A DNA stretch of 40,022 nt from a bacterium (GTDB taxonomy: Bacteria; Patescibacteriota; Minisyncoccia; Phycocordibacterales; UBA9973): contig JBAXXQ010000001.1 in assembly GCA_037127795.1 (NCBI GenBank), forward strand, positions 210,252 through 250,273, written 5' to 3'. The notes below the pieces were generated by a model. That model saw nothing but the letters and a program-made list of their open reading frames with translations. It was not told the origin of the DNA and made no database searches. The position numbers and the translations under genes are program-made. How positions within the stretch are numbered: the first letter of the stretch is position 1; every line of letters starts with the position of its first letter. Of the stretch, positions 1-8,898 are shown in pieces.

Positions 1-2043
1 AATATAAGAACTAATGGTGGAAGTTATACAAACGGTTTATTTAATGTAGATTTTAGTAATAAACAAGTAAGGTTAGGAGATTGGAATGGTGACAATGATA
101 ACACTTTTATAAAAATTGATGATGCATCACAAACCCAAACCTTCAATGCTAATAATGGGTTTACGTTTACAAGTTCTGGTTATCCATCATTAGGTCTTTT
201 AGGTACTTCTGGAAATGAAGGAAGGGCTTGGTTGGGTGATGATAATTATAATGGCAATGGTACAGAAATATCTATAGATGATAAAATGCAAATGGCGTTT
301 ATAGGTAATAAGAATTACCCAAATGGTTTATTAAGTTTAGATTTTAATGAAGGATTAGCAGTATTAGGAAATGGTGATTTAGATAATTTAAATAATTATA
401 TTAAAGTTGATGCTCCTAATCATATTCAATATTTCAACGCCACAAACGGCTTCCAATTCACAGGAGGTAGTACTCTATCTACTGATGGTTCTGTGTATGC
501 AAATGTTCAAGAGAATGACACTGTCTTTAATGGTGGTGCTCTATTGTGGCAAAATAAAGCAAACTTTGTCGGTAGTGCAGGATTGTGGGCTATTCGTACT
601 GCTACCGATGGTAGTATAAATTTTGATACAAACAATAATTTTTCACCACGAACTGGTTTTAAAATTGAACAGACAGGGCGAGTTGATTTTATCATGCCAA
701 ATGCTGATGATGTGTATATTTATGGTTATGGTGGTGAGGCTGGACTGTTTTCAGATAATGGAAATCAGTCAATTGCTACATTTCAATCAGGAGATCATTA
801 CAGGTATGGCAACGGTGCTATTGATATTCGTAATACAGGAAAGGTTGGTATTGGTACAACAAATCCAAATCATACTTTAGATGTAAACGGAGATATGGGT
901 ATTACGGGTAATGGTACATTTTTAGGGGGAGGAATTAGCACTTCGCAGGGTATTTTTAGTGGACAAGTATTTAATAGTCTTACTTTAAATTCTGGTAATA
1001 CTACAGGTGGAGCATCGCTTTCTTTTAATACTGCTGGAGGTGGAGGTAGTGGTTCGATAGGGTATTATGATATTAGTAGTCCAAATAGTACAGGGCTTGG
1101 CTTGATTAGTTATTCAAGTTCATTGCCATTATTTTTTAGATATGCACCAGGAGGAGTTACTTCTTATGATTGGGTGACATTTAATCCGACAAATCATTCA
1201 TCAGATTTTACTGGTAGTGTGGGTATTGGTATGACAAATCCTGCATATACACTCGACGTATATAAATCATCAACAGGTATTGTCGCTCAATTCAAAAACA
1301 CCTCAGCATCAACATGTACTATAAACCCTACAACACCAGCTTTCTCTTGTTCTTCCGACATCAATCTCAAGAAAAATATCATCACCCTCAAAGACAATAG
1401 TGTATTCACTCTCAACATTATCACCACAGCACCAACAGCTACCACACTAGACAAACTTATGACGCTTACCCCAGTAAGTTACAACTGGAAAACAGAAAAC
1501 GATACTGATAGTAAGCACACTGGATTCATCGCACAACAAGTAGAGCAGGTATTCCCAGATCTAGTAACTACAGATCCAGATACATCACTCAAGTCTCTCA
1601 ACTACATGGGTTTTGCACCATACTTGGTACAAGCAGTACAAGAAATGAATTTCAAGATGGTATCTGTAATCCCTGACAATCTTGATAGTACCGCATTAGG
1701 AAAAATAAAAACTTTCTTGCAAGGTATTGCGCAAGAAGGGAGGGCGGTAGTGGACTTGGTGGTAGCAAATAAAGTCCAGACACAACAGCTCTGTATCGGA
1801 GATAGTACAGATAGTGTATGTGTGACAAAAGATCAGCTTCGCAATTTATTACAACAAAATACTGCGCCAGTTGTGGCTCCAGTAAATACTCCAGACCCTA
1901 CCCCTGCGCCTGTGGCAGCACCAGTAGTACCAGAATCTAGTATTCCAGTAGTTACCCCAAATCCGGTACCTGCTCCAGAAATAACTCCTGTCGTTGCCCC
2001 AGCCCCAATTCCTACAACTACTACCCAAAACGCCACGCAATAA
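1..2043 (+). CDS. Tail-fibre-like surface protein with C-terminal Peptidase_S74 (intramolecular chaperone) domain and Pro-rich tail; 5'-partial
   Basis: Frame is open from base 1. G/N-rich repeats, two VGIGxTNPxxTLDV motifs, SSDINLKKNI...PVSYNWK...HTGFIAQQVEQVFPDLV...LNY (S74 pattern), then LCIGD..VCVTKDQL and a P/A/V/T tail. Confidence 0.8.
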   Translation, partial: NIRTNGGSYTNGLFNVDFSNKQVRLGDWNGDNDNTFIKIDDASQTQTFNANNGFTFTSSGYPSLGLLGTSGNEGRAWLGDDNYNGNGTEISIDDKMQMAFIGNKNYPNGLLSLDFNEGLAVLGNGDLDNLNNYIKVDAPNHIQYFNATNGFQFTGGSTLSTDGSVYANVQENDTVFNGGALLWQNKANFVGSAGLWAIRTATDGSINFDTNNNFSPRTGFKIEQTGRVDFIMPNADDVYIYGYGGEAGLFSDNGNQSIATFQSGDHYRYGNGAIDIRNTGKVGIGTTNPNHTLDVNGDMGITGNGTFLGGGISTSQGIFSGQVFNSLTLNSGNTTGGASLSFNTAGGGGSGSIGYYDISSPNSTGLGLISYSSSLPLFFRYAPGGVTSYDWVTFNPTNHSSDFTGSVGIGMTNPAYTLDVYKSSTGIVAQFKNTSASTCTINPTTPAFSCSSDINLKKNIITLKDNSVFTLNIITTAPTATTLDKLMTLTPVSYNWKTENDTDSKHTGFIAQQVEQVFPDLVTTDPDTSLKSLNYMGFAPYLVQAVQEMNFKMVSVIPDNLDSTALGKIKTFLQGIAQEGRAVVDLVVANKVQTQQLCIGDSTDSVCVTKDQLRNLLQQNTAPVVAPVNTPDPTPAPVAAPVVPESSIPVVTPNPVPAPEITPVVAPAPIPTTTTQNATQ

Positions 2044-2106
2044 CCCATTTTTTCACTTTTTACAATAGTAGCAATTACTATTTTATGCTATAATAATATA
2101 CATAAT

Positions 2107-4161
2107 ATGGCAAAAAAAGATTCAGAACACAATGGATACGGCGCTGATCAGATTTCAGTTTTAGAAGGGCTCGAGCCGGTACGTCGGCGTCCGGGTATGT
2201 ATATCGGCTCTACTGGAGTCGATGGTCTACATCACCTTGTATGGGAAATTTTTGATAACTCTCGTGATGAAGCGATGGCAGGTCATGCCACAGATATTGA
2301 AGTAGTGTTGCTTCCTAATGATGAAGTACGTGTTGCAGATAACGGTCGTGGTATCCCGACAGATATTCACCCAAAAACAAAAGTTTCTGCACTTGAAACA
2401 GTAATGACTGTGCTCCATGCCGGAGGAAAATTCGGAGGTGAAGGTTCTGGATATAAAGTTTCTGGAGGTCTGCACGGAGTGGGTGCATCTGTAGTAAACG
2501 CACTTTCTATTCGTACTCGTGCATTGGTGCATCGCGAAGGGCACATGTATTTTCAAGAATATTCTCAAGGGGTAGTAAAAGCTCCTGTGAAGAAAATCGG
2601 TACCTCAAAAGCACATGGTACTATTATTACCTTTACGCCAGACAAAGAAATTTTTAAAGAGACAACAAATTTTGATTGGAAAACAATTGTCGATCGTCTT
2701 CGTCAGCAAGCATATCTTGTAAAGAAGTTAAAGGTGACTATTATTGATGCTCGTGAAATGACTGAAAAAGTCAAAACTGATGATATCTTTTGGTTCAAGG
2801 ATTTAAAAATAGAAACACCATCAACATCATTTTATTTTGAAGGAGGACTTATCTCTCTTGTTCGTCACTACAACAAATTACAAAAACCAATTCATGATAG
2901 TATTTTTTATTGCGAAAAATGGCAAGACAATGTTGGTGTAGAAGTTGCATTGCAATACATAGACGATCTTACTCCTCGTATTATTCCTTTTGCAAACAAT
3001 ATTTACAACCCAGAAGCTGGAACACACGTGACTGGTTTCAAAATGGCACTTACTCGTTTACTCAACACCTACGCAAAGAAAAATAATTTGGTAAAAGAAG
3101 CAGATGGTGCATTCTCTGGAGATGATGTGCTCGAAGGGGTGACAGCAGTGGTTTCTGTGAAGCTTGCTGAAATTCAATTTGAAGGACAGACAAAAGCAAA
3201 ACTTGGATCTACAGAAGCGCAAGGTGCTGTAGCAAGTGTGTTCGGTGATGCATTTGGTACATTTCTCGAAGAAAATCCAGATCAAGCAAAAGCTATAATA
3301 ATGAAGGTTGTTTTGGCAGCTCGTGCTCGTAAGGCAGCAAAAGCAGCAAAAGATTCTATCTTGCGTAAAGGAGCACTCGAAGGTATGACACTTCCTGGTA
3401 AGCTTGCAGACTGTCAGAGTAAAGACGCAAGTGAGAGTGAACTCTTTATTGTAGAGGGAGACTCTGCGGGAGGTACTGCAAAAATGGGACGTGATAGACG
3501 TATCCAAGCAATCTTGCCACTTCGTGGAAAAATCTTAAACGTAGAGCGCGCACGTCTTGATCGTATGCTCGCATCACAAGAAATCAAAAACTTAGTGATT
3601 GCTATGGGAGCAAGTATCGGGGATACGTTTGATCTCAATCGTATGCGATATCACAAAATCGTGATTGCAACTGATGCTGATACTGACGGAGGACACATTA
3701 CTATTTTGATACTTACATTGTTCTATAGATATTTCCGTGAGGTTATTGATGCAGGATATTTGTATATTGCACAACCACCACTATATAAAATCAAAAAAGG
3801 AAAAGAGATTTTGTATGCATATACTGAGACAGAAAAACAGACATTGCTCGGTGGTATGGATACTCCAGAAATTCAAGAAGAAGATGGTCTAGAAGGGGAA
3901 GAAGAAATAGATGAGACACCAGAAAAAACAAAGAAGCGCGCAACAAAAGTTTCTGTACAACGATATAAAGGTCTTGGAGAGATGAATGCTGAAGAGCTTT
4001 GGGAAACAACTATGGATCCAGTGCATCGTATTATCAAGCAAGTAACAATCATGGACGCAGAAGAATCAAATAATATCTTTGATGTCTTGATGGGAAGTGA
4101 AGTTGCTCCTCGAAAATCTTTTATTCAGTCAAACGCAAAACTCGCTCGATTGGATATATAA
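2107..4161 (+). CDS. gyrB: DNA gyrase subunit B
   Basis: LEGLEPVRRRPGMYIG, DNGRGIP, SGGLHGVG, VEGDSAGG, PLRGKILNV, QRYKGLGEMN. Confidence 0.95.
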   Translation: MAKKDSEHNGYGADQISVLEGLEPVRRRPGMYIGSTGVDGLHHLVWEIFDNSRDEAMAGHATDIEVVLLPNDEVRVADNGRGIPTDIHPKTKVSALETVMTVLHAGGKFGGEGSGYKVSGGLHGVGASVVNALSIRTRALVHREGHMYFQEYSQGVVKAPVKKIGTSKAHGTIITFTPDKEIFKETTNFDWKTIVDRLRQQAYLVKKLKVTIIDAREMTEKVKTDDIFWFKDLKIETPSTSFYFEGGLISLVRHYNKLQKPIHDSIFYCEKWQDNVGVEVALQYIDDLTPRIIPFANNIYNPEAGTHVTGFKMALTRLLNTYAKKNNLVKEADGAFSGDDVLEGVTAVVSVKLAEIQFEGQTKAKLGSTEAQGAVASVFGDAFGTFLEENPDQAKAIIMKVVLAARARKAAKAAKDSILRKGALEGMTLPGKLADCQSKDASESELFIVEGDSAGGTAKMGRDRRIQAILPLRGKILNVERARLDRMLASQEIKNLVIAMGASIGDTFDLNRMRYHKIVIATDADTDGGHITILILTLFYRYFREVIDAGYLYIAQPPLYKIKKGKEILYAYTETEKQTLLGGMDTPEIQEEDGLEGEEEIDETPEKTKKRATKVSVQRYKGLGEMNAEELWETTMDPVHRIIKQVTIMDAEESNNIFDVLMGSEVAPRKSFIQSNAKLARLDI

Positions 4162-4170
4162 AAATATATT

Positions 4171-4204
4171 AAAAAAACTCTCTACACCTGTAGAGAGTTT
4201 TTTT
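4171..4204. terminator. Bidirectional intrinsic terminator
   Basis: aaaaaaactctctaca-cc-tgtagagagttttttt between convergent genes. Confidence 0.8.
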
Positions 4205-4212
4205 AATTGAAT

Positions 4213-4404
4213 TTATTTTAATTCTTTTTTAAGAAAATCTTTCATTTCTTTGAGATGAGCTTCTTTTTCTTTTGCGAGCTTGGTCCAGAATGCTTTGAGG
4301 TCTTTGTTCTTTGCTTCCTTTTGGTAATTGTTCTTTATACGCCACAAGCTTTTTGATTCTTGGGTGATTTGGTTCATCAAATTGTATATATTATTTTGTT
4401 CCAT
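4213..4404 (-). CDS. Small helical hypothetical protein (63 aa, ferritin-like half fold possible)
   Basis: MEQNNIYNLMNQITQESKSLWRIK...KEAHL; ATG 8 nt after a TGgTATACT extended -10. Confidence 0.65.
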   Translation of the reverse strand: MEQNNIYNLMNQITQESKSLWRIKNNYQKEAKNKDLKAFWTKLAKEKEAHLKEMKDFLKKELK

Positions 4405-4529
4405 ATGAAGAAAGTATACCACAGTACGGACAAAACCACTTTTTGCGTTTCGGTGCATCGCCAATACTCCACCATTTTTTGCAATGCCCACAATTGAAAT
4501 GAGTGAGCTTTTCTACAGAAACAGTATGC

Positions 4530-6275
4530 TTAATTACAGGTTCGGTCTTTATTTTCATTGGTTATTTTTGCAATACAATCTGCAATAGTGACATTTTCTA
4601 ACTTGGTATTATTGCGGCCTTCGATAGTGAGTGTATTTGCTGTCTGTTCTTTTTCTCCGACAACAATAATATAAGGGATTTTGAGCATCTTTGCTTCGCG
4701 AATACGTTTGCCGAGACTGTCTTCTCCGAGTGTTGTTACGCGGATATCTGCATTATGAAGTGCTGTCTGTACTGTATGCGCATAGTCTTTAAACTTTTCT
4801 CCTACAGGAAGAATTGCAACTTGTACTGGAGCGAGCCATACAGGGAATGCACCAGCAAAGTGTTCTATCATAACCCCCATAAAACGCTCAAGTGATCCTG
4901 ATATTGCACGGTGGATTACTACAGGGCGTTCTTTTTCGTTCTTTTCATTTATGAAAGAAAGATCAAATCTGTTTGGGAGATTGAAGTCACATTGGATGGT
5001 TGCCAATTGCCATTCACGGCCGATCGCATCTTTGAACATAAAGTCGAGTTTTGGTCCATAAAATGCAGCCTCGTCTTTTGCTGGTTTGTAAGGGAGATTT
5101 TCTTGGATACATACATCAGTAAGCGCTTGTTCTGCTGTTGCCCATACTTCGTCACTACCGAGATATTTTGTTTTGTCATCCCCACGGAGAGAGAGGCGCA
5201 CCCAATATCCATCGATCATACCCATAGTGGTATAAAATGATTTAATTATTTTTACGATAGTTTTGATTTCTTGTCCGATTTGAGAGTCACGGCAGAAGAG
5301 GTGCCCATCATCTTGAGTGATAGCGCGTACACGAGTAAGTCCGCCAAGTTGACCAGATTTTTCATCACGATATACAGTAGCTGGTTCAAAATATCTCACT
5401 GGCATATCACGGTATGAAAATTGATTGTCAGCAAAGATTTGCATATGGTGCGGACAATTCATAGGTTTCATAATAAAAGCATCTTCTTTTCCTTGTACGC
5501 GGAAAAGCTCATCACCAAATTTTGCTGCATGGCCTGATGTTTCGTAGAGGGCGATTTTTGCAATATGAGGAGTCCAGACACGAGAATATCCTTCGTTTTG
5601 GTGTAATTCCCAAAGATAGTTTTCCAACTCCTTACGAATAAGCATGCCGTTTGGTTGGAAAAGGGGGAGTCCTGGACCAACAAGCTCTGAGATAGTAAAA
5701 AGCTTCAATTCTTTACCAAGCTTTCTATGGTCTCGCTTTTTTGCTTCTTCCATTTGCCATTCATAATTTGCGAGCGCCTCTTTTGATTCAAATGCGAGTC
5801 CGTATATACGAGTAAGCATGGCATTATCTTCATTTCCTCGCCAATATGCTCCTGCAAGACGACTGAGTTTAAATGACTCTGGGTCTATAGTACTGAGATC
5901 TTCACTATGTCCTCCGCGACAAAGGTCTGTAAATCCGTCACAGGTATAAAGGGTGATTTTTTCACCACGACTTACAATTTCTTCGATAAGTTCTATTTTG
6001 TATTGATTACCGGCAAAAATTTCTTTTGCTTTTTCCGGGTCTACCTCTTCATGGGTAAATCCTTTCCAAGAGGGGAGCTTGTCTCGCATCATTTTTGTAA
6101 AAAGCTCCAAATCCTCTTCTTTTATTTTTGTGTCACCGAGATCTATATCGTAATAAAAGCCATCATCTACTGCTGGGCCGAGAGTAAGTTTTGCATGAGG
6201 ATATTTGGTGGTCACCGCTTGAGCAAGCAAGTGGGCAAGGGAGTGGCGAAGGTGGGACAATTGTTCTGTATTCAT
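4530..6275 (-). CDS. thrS: Threonine--tRNA ligase (no N-terminal TGS domain)
   Basis: HSLAHLL, DLCRGGH, RDHRKLG, KPMNCPHH, EAAFYGPKLD, HRAISGSLERF. Confidence 0.97.
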   Translation of the reverse strand: MNTEQLSHLRHSLAHLLAQAVTTKYPHAKLTLGPAVDDGFYYDIDLGDTKIKEEDLELFTKMMRDKLPSWKGFTHEEVDPEKAKEIFAGNQYKIELIEEIVSRGEKITLYTCDGFTDLCRGGHSEDLSTIDPESFKLSRLAGAYWRGNEDNAMLTRIYGLAFESKEALANYEWQMEEAKKRDHRKLGKELKLFTISELVGPGLPLFQPNGMLIRKELENYLWELHQNEGYSRVWTPHIAKIALYETSGHAAKFGDELFRVQGKEDAFIMKPMNCPHHMQIFADNQFSYRDMPVRYFEPATVYRDEKSGQLGGLTRVRAITQDDGHLFCRDSQIGQEIKTIVKIIKSFYTTMGMIDGYWVRLSLRGDDKTKYLGSDEVWATAEQALTDVCIQENLPYKPAKDEAAFYGPKLDFMFKDAIGREWQLATIQCDFNLPNRFDLSFINEKNEKERPVVIHRAISGSLERFMGVMIEHFAGAFPVWLAPVQVAILPVGEKFKDYAHTVQTALHNADIRVTTLGEDSLGKRIREAKMLKIPYIIVVGEKEQTANTLTIEGRNNTKLENVTIADCIAKITNENKDRTCN

Positions 6276-6361
6276 AGTAATAAAACTATACCAAATAATG
6301 CCAAAATACGCTTTATTGACAACGTTATTTTGTATGCTATTATTAATACAAAGTGTACACT

Positions 6362-6901
6362 ATGGAAAAGAATATTTATTGGGAAAAAAAGAGAGACACT
6401 TTAGAAAAACTTATCAGGTCAGGACTTGAATTGCGATTCCCGGGTGGAAAAAGTCTTCAGGGAAATTTTTCATCATTAGGAACAGCTTCACGGATAAATC
6501 AGTATGAAGATATTGAATTACTGATCATTCCGTATAATCCTAAAATTCAATCACTTCCTTTTAAAGAGGAAAAATTCCCCGAAAGGCCTAAGCAGACTTT
6601 TTATAGGGAGTTTTTAGAAGAGACCGGTATTCGCGCAGGGGAGATTATTTTTCTTAATTCTTTAGAAGTCAAAGATAGTTCTGGAGAAGATAAGAAGCAT
6701 AGAAAATATTCTTTTTTTGCTCGTAATATTGATGTTACCAATATAGTAACTAAATTAAAATTTGGACAACGAGTAGGAACTCCTATTTGGGTACCAATAA
6801 TTCTTTTAGAAAGATATATTTGGAGACATCATAGATGGATTTTCTTCGAAGTAAAAAAAGAGCTTCAAAAACGCCCTGTAAAAATGTTGATGCCTGCGTA
6901 A
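6362..6901 (+). CDS. NUDIX-like hypothetical protein
   Basis: Partial Nudix box ERPKQTFYREFLEETGI; own TTGACA promoter and terminator. Confidence 0.6.
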   Translation: MEKNIYWEKKRDTLEKLIRSGLELRFPGGKSLQGNFSSLGTASRINQYEDIELLIIPYNPKIQSLPFKEEKFPERPKQTFYREFLEETGIRAGEIIFLNSLEVKDSSGEDKKHRKYSFFARNIDVTNIVTKLKFGQRVGTPIWVPIILLERYIWRHHRWIFFEVKKELQKRPVKMLMPA

Positions 6902-6959
6902 TTACGACGCAGGCATTTTATTTTGCTTTTTTTATACTATCGTGATACTATATTTGTAT

Positions 6960-7199
6960 ATGGTAGTACGAATGAGACACACACGAGCGCATACGGCAAA
7001 TCGCCGATCGCATCACAAATTACAAGATCCTGCACTTTCTAAAGATGCAAGTGGCACACTTCACATTCGCCACCGCGCAACACTAGACGGTATGTATAAA
7101 GGCCGCTCAGTAATGGGAGACCCTGTAAAAAAAGTTGTTAAAAAACAAGCTAAGACTGTTAAGAAAGTAGCAAAAAAGGTAGTAGCAAAGAAAAAATAA
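6960..7199 (+). CDS. rpmF: 50S ribosomal protein L32 (no Zn cysteines, Lys-rich tail)
   Basis: MVVRMRHTRAHTANRRSHH..L...HIRHRA...GMYKGR; lies upstream of nusB-rnc. Confidence 0.85.
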   Translation: MVVRMRHTRAHTANRRSHHKLQDPALSKDASGTLHIRHRATLDGMYKGRSVMGDPVKKVVKKQAKTVKKVAKKVVAKKK

Positions 7200-7221
7200 T
7201 AGCCTAATTCTTTTTAAAAAA

Positions 7222-8133
7222 ATGGCAAATCGGCACCTTTCAAGATCAATAGTACTCCAATCACTCTTTGAGTGGGATTTCACTGGTAAACCAGAGGGAA
7301 TGAAAGAAATTGTAGATCGCAATATTGTAGAATTTGCGCCTGGTCATACAGATCATGCTTTTATGTATGCTCTTGCAGAGACAGTACAGCGTAAGCAAAC
7401 TATTCTTGACGATATTATTACAAAAGCTGCGCCAGAATGGCCAATAGACAAAATCTCTACTGTCGACCGCAATATTTTGCGTCTCGGACTTGCAGAGCTT
7501 TTGTTTGGGGACCGTGAACAAGTACCTCCCAAGGTTGCTATTAATGAAGCTATTGAGCTTGCAAAAACATTTGGTGGAGAGACTTCTAGTAAGTTTGTAA
7601 ATGGAGTTTTGGGTGCGGTATATAAAGAAATTGGAGAGCCTGGTAAAGAGCAAAGTTCAAAACCACGTGTTCCAAAAGTAAAAACTCCTGCTGAACCTGT
7701 AGATCCTGCAACTCTTCCAGTAGAAGCAAAGGCTGGTGCTATTATTTTTGCAAAAGCTGATGGGGTGCTCTATATGGGACTCGCACATGATGTCTTCGGA
7801 TATTGGACTATCCTCAAGGGTGGTGCAGAAGACGGCGAAACTGCTGAGCAAACTGCTATACGAGAAATAAAAGAAAAGGTTGCTCTTGATATTGAGATAA
7901 AAGGTGAAATCGGTAGTATCGACTATGTTGCGTCTCATCCTGAAAAAGGAAAGATTCGAAAGGTAGTAACATATTTCCTCGCGGAATCTCCATATAAAGA
8001 AATGCACCTTACTAGTTCTGGTGGTTTGGATAAAGCCGCATGGTTCCAACTTCACGAAGTGCTCGATCTCACTATTTACGATGATATATTACCGCTTATA
8101 GCAAAAGCGATAGAAAAAATTGCTACTAATTAA
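7222..8133 (+). CDS. nusB: Transcription antitermination factor NusB fused to a C-terminal NUDIX-like domain
   Basis: RHLSRSIVLQSLFEWD, DRNILRLG, PPKVAINEAIELAKTFG, KFVNGVLG; then KGGAEDGETAEQTAIREIKE. Confidence 0.92.
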   Translation: MANRHLSRSIVLQSLFEWDFTGKPEGMKEIVDRNIVEFAPGHTDHAFMYALAETVQRKQTILDDIITKAAPEWPIDKISTVDRNILRLGLAELLFGDREQVPPKVAINEAIELAKTFGGETSSKFVNGVLGAVYKEIGEPGKEQSSKPRVPKVKTPAEPVDPATLPVEAKAGAIIFAKADGVLYMGLAHDVFGYWTILKGGAEDGETAEQTAIREIKEKVALDIEIKGEIGSIDYVASHPEKGKIRKVVTYFLAESPYKEMHLTSSGGLDKAAWFQLHEVLDLTIYDDILPLIAKAIEKIATN

Positions 8134-8143
8134 GTTTTAAAAA

Positions 8144-8833
8144 ATGAAAGATATAAGTCCATTTGAAGAAAAGATAGGTGTTGTCTTTAGTGATAAAGCG
8201 CTTCTTGAACGCGCATTCACACATCGGTCATACATAAATGAAAATCCTCGTAGTGGTCTTGAGCACAATGAACGGTTGGAATTTCTTGGTGATGCTGTTG
8301 TAGAGCTCGTCGTGACAGATTATTTGTTTGCCGAATACCCAACACACAACGAAGGTGAGCTCACTGCATATCGTAGTGCATTGGTAAATGCGGTGATTAT
8401 GGGACGTGTTGCAGAGGCGCTTGGTATGAATGAATTTCTTTTGCTTTCAAAAGGAGAGAAAAAAGATACTGGTCGCGCACGACAAACAATCCTTGCAAAT
8501 ACGTATGAATCTTTTGTTGGGGCGTTATATCTCGATCAGGGGTACGATATTGCAAAAGATTTTATTTTGAAAACATTATCTCCAGAGCTCGCTGAAATTA
8601 TTTCAAAAAAAGCATGGAAAGATCCAAAATCTCGTATTCAAGAAGAAGCACAAGAGCGCGTAGGACTTACTCCCAACTATCAAGTACTTTCTGAAAACGG
8701 TCCAGACCATGACAAATATTTTACTATCGGTATTTTCTTTGGTGATACAAAAATAGCAGAAGGAAAAGGACGAAGTAAACAAGAAGGACAACAAGCAGCC
8801 GCAGAAGCAGCGTTGGTTAAAAAGGGATGGTAA
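8144..8833 (+). CDS. rnc: Ribonuclease III
   Basis: HNERLEFLGDAVVEL signature plus dsRBD (DPKSRIQE...GPDH...GKGRSK). Confidence 0.97.
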   Translation: MKDISPFEEKIGVVFSDKALLERAFTHRSYINENPRSGLEHNERLEFLGDAVVELVVTDYLFAEYPTHNEGELTAYRSALVNAVIMGRVAEALGMNEFLLLSKGEKKDTGRARQTILANTYESFVGALYLDQGYDIAKDFILKTLSPELAEIISKKAWKDPKSRIQEEAQERVGLTPNYQVLSENGPDHDKYFTIGIFFGDTKIAEGKGRSKQEGQQAAAEAALVKKGW

Positions 8834-8898
8834 AAATTCTGAAACAATATGTTTCAGAATTTTTATTTTTTATAATACTCCGTGATATACTATAAGTA

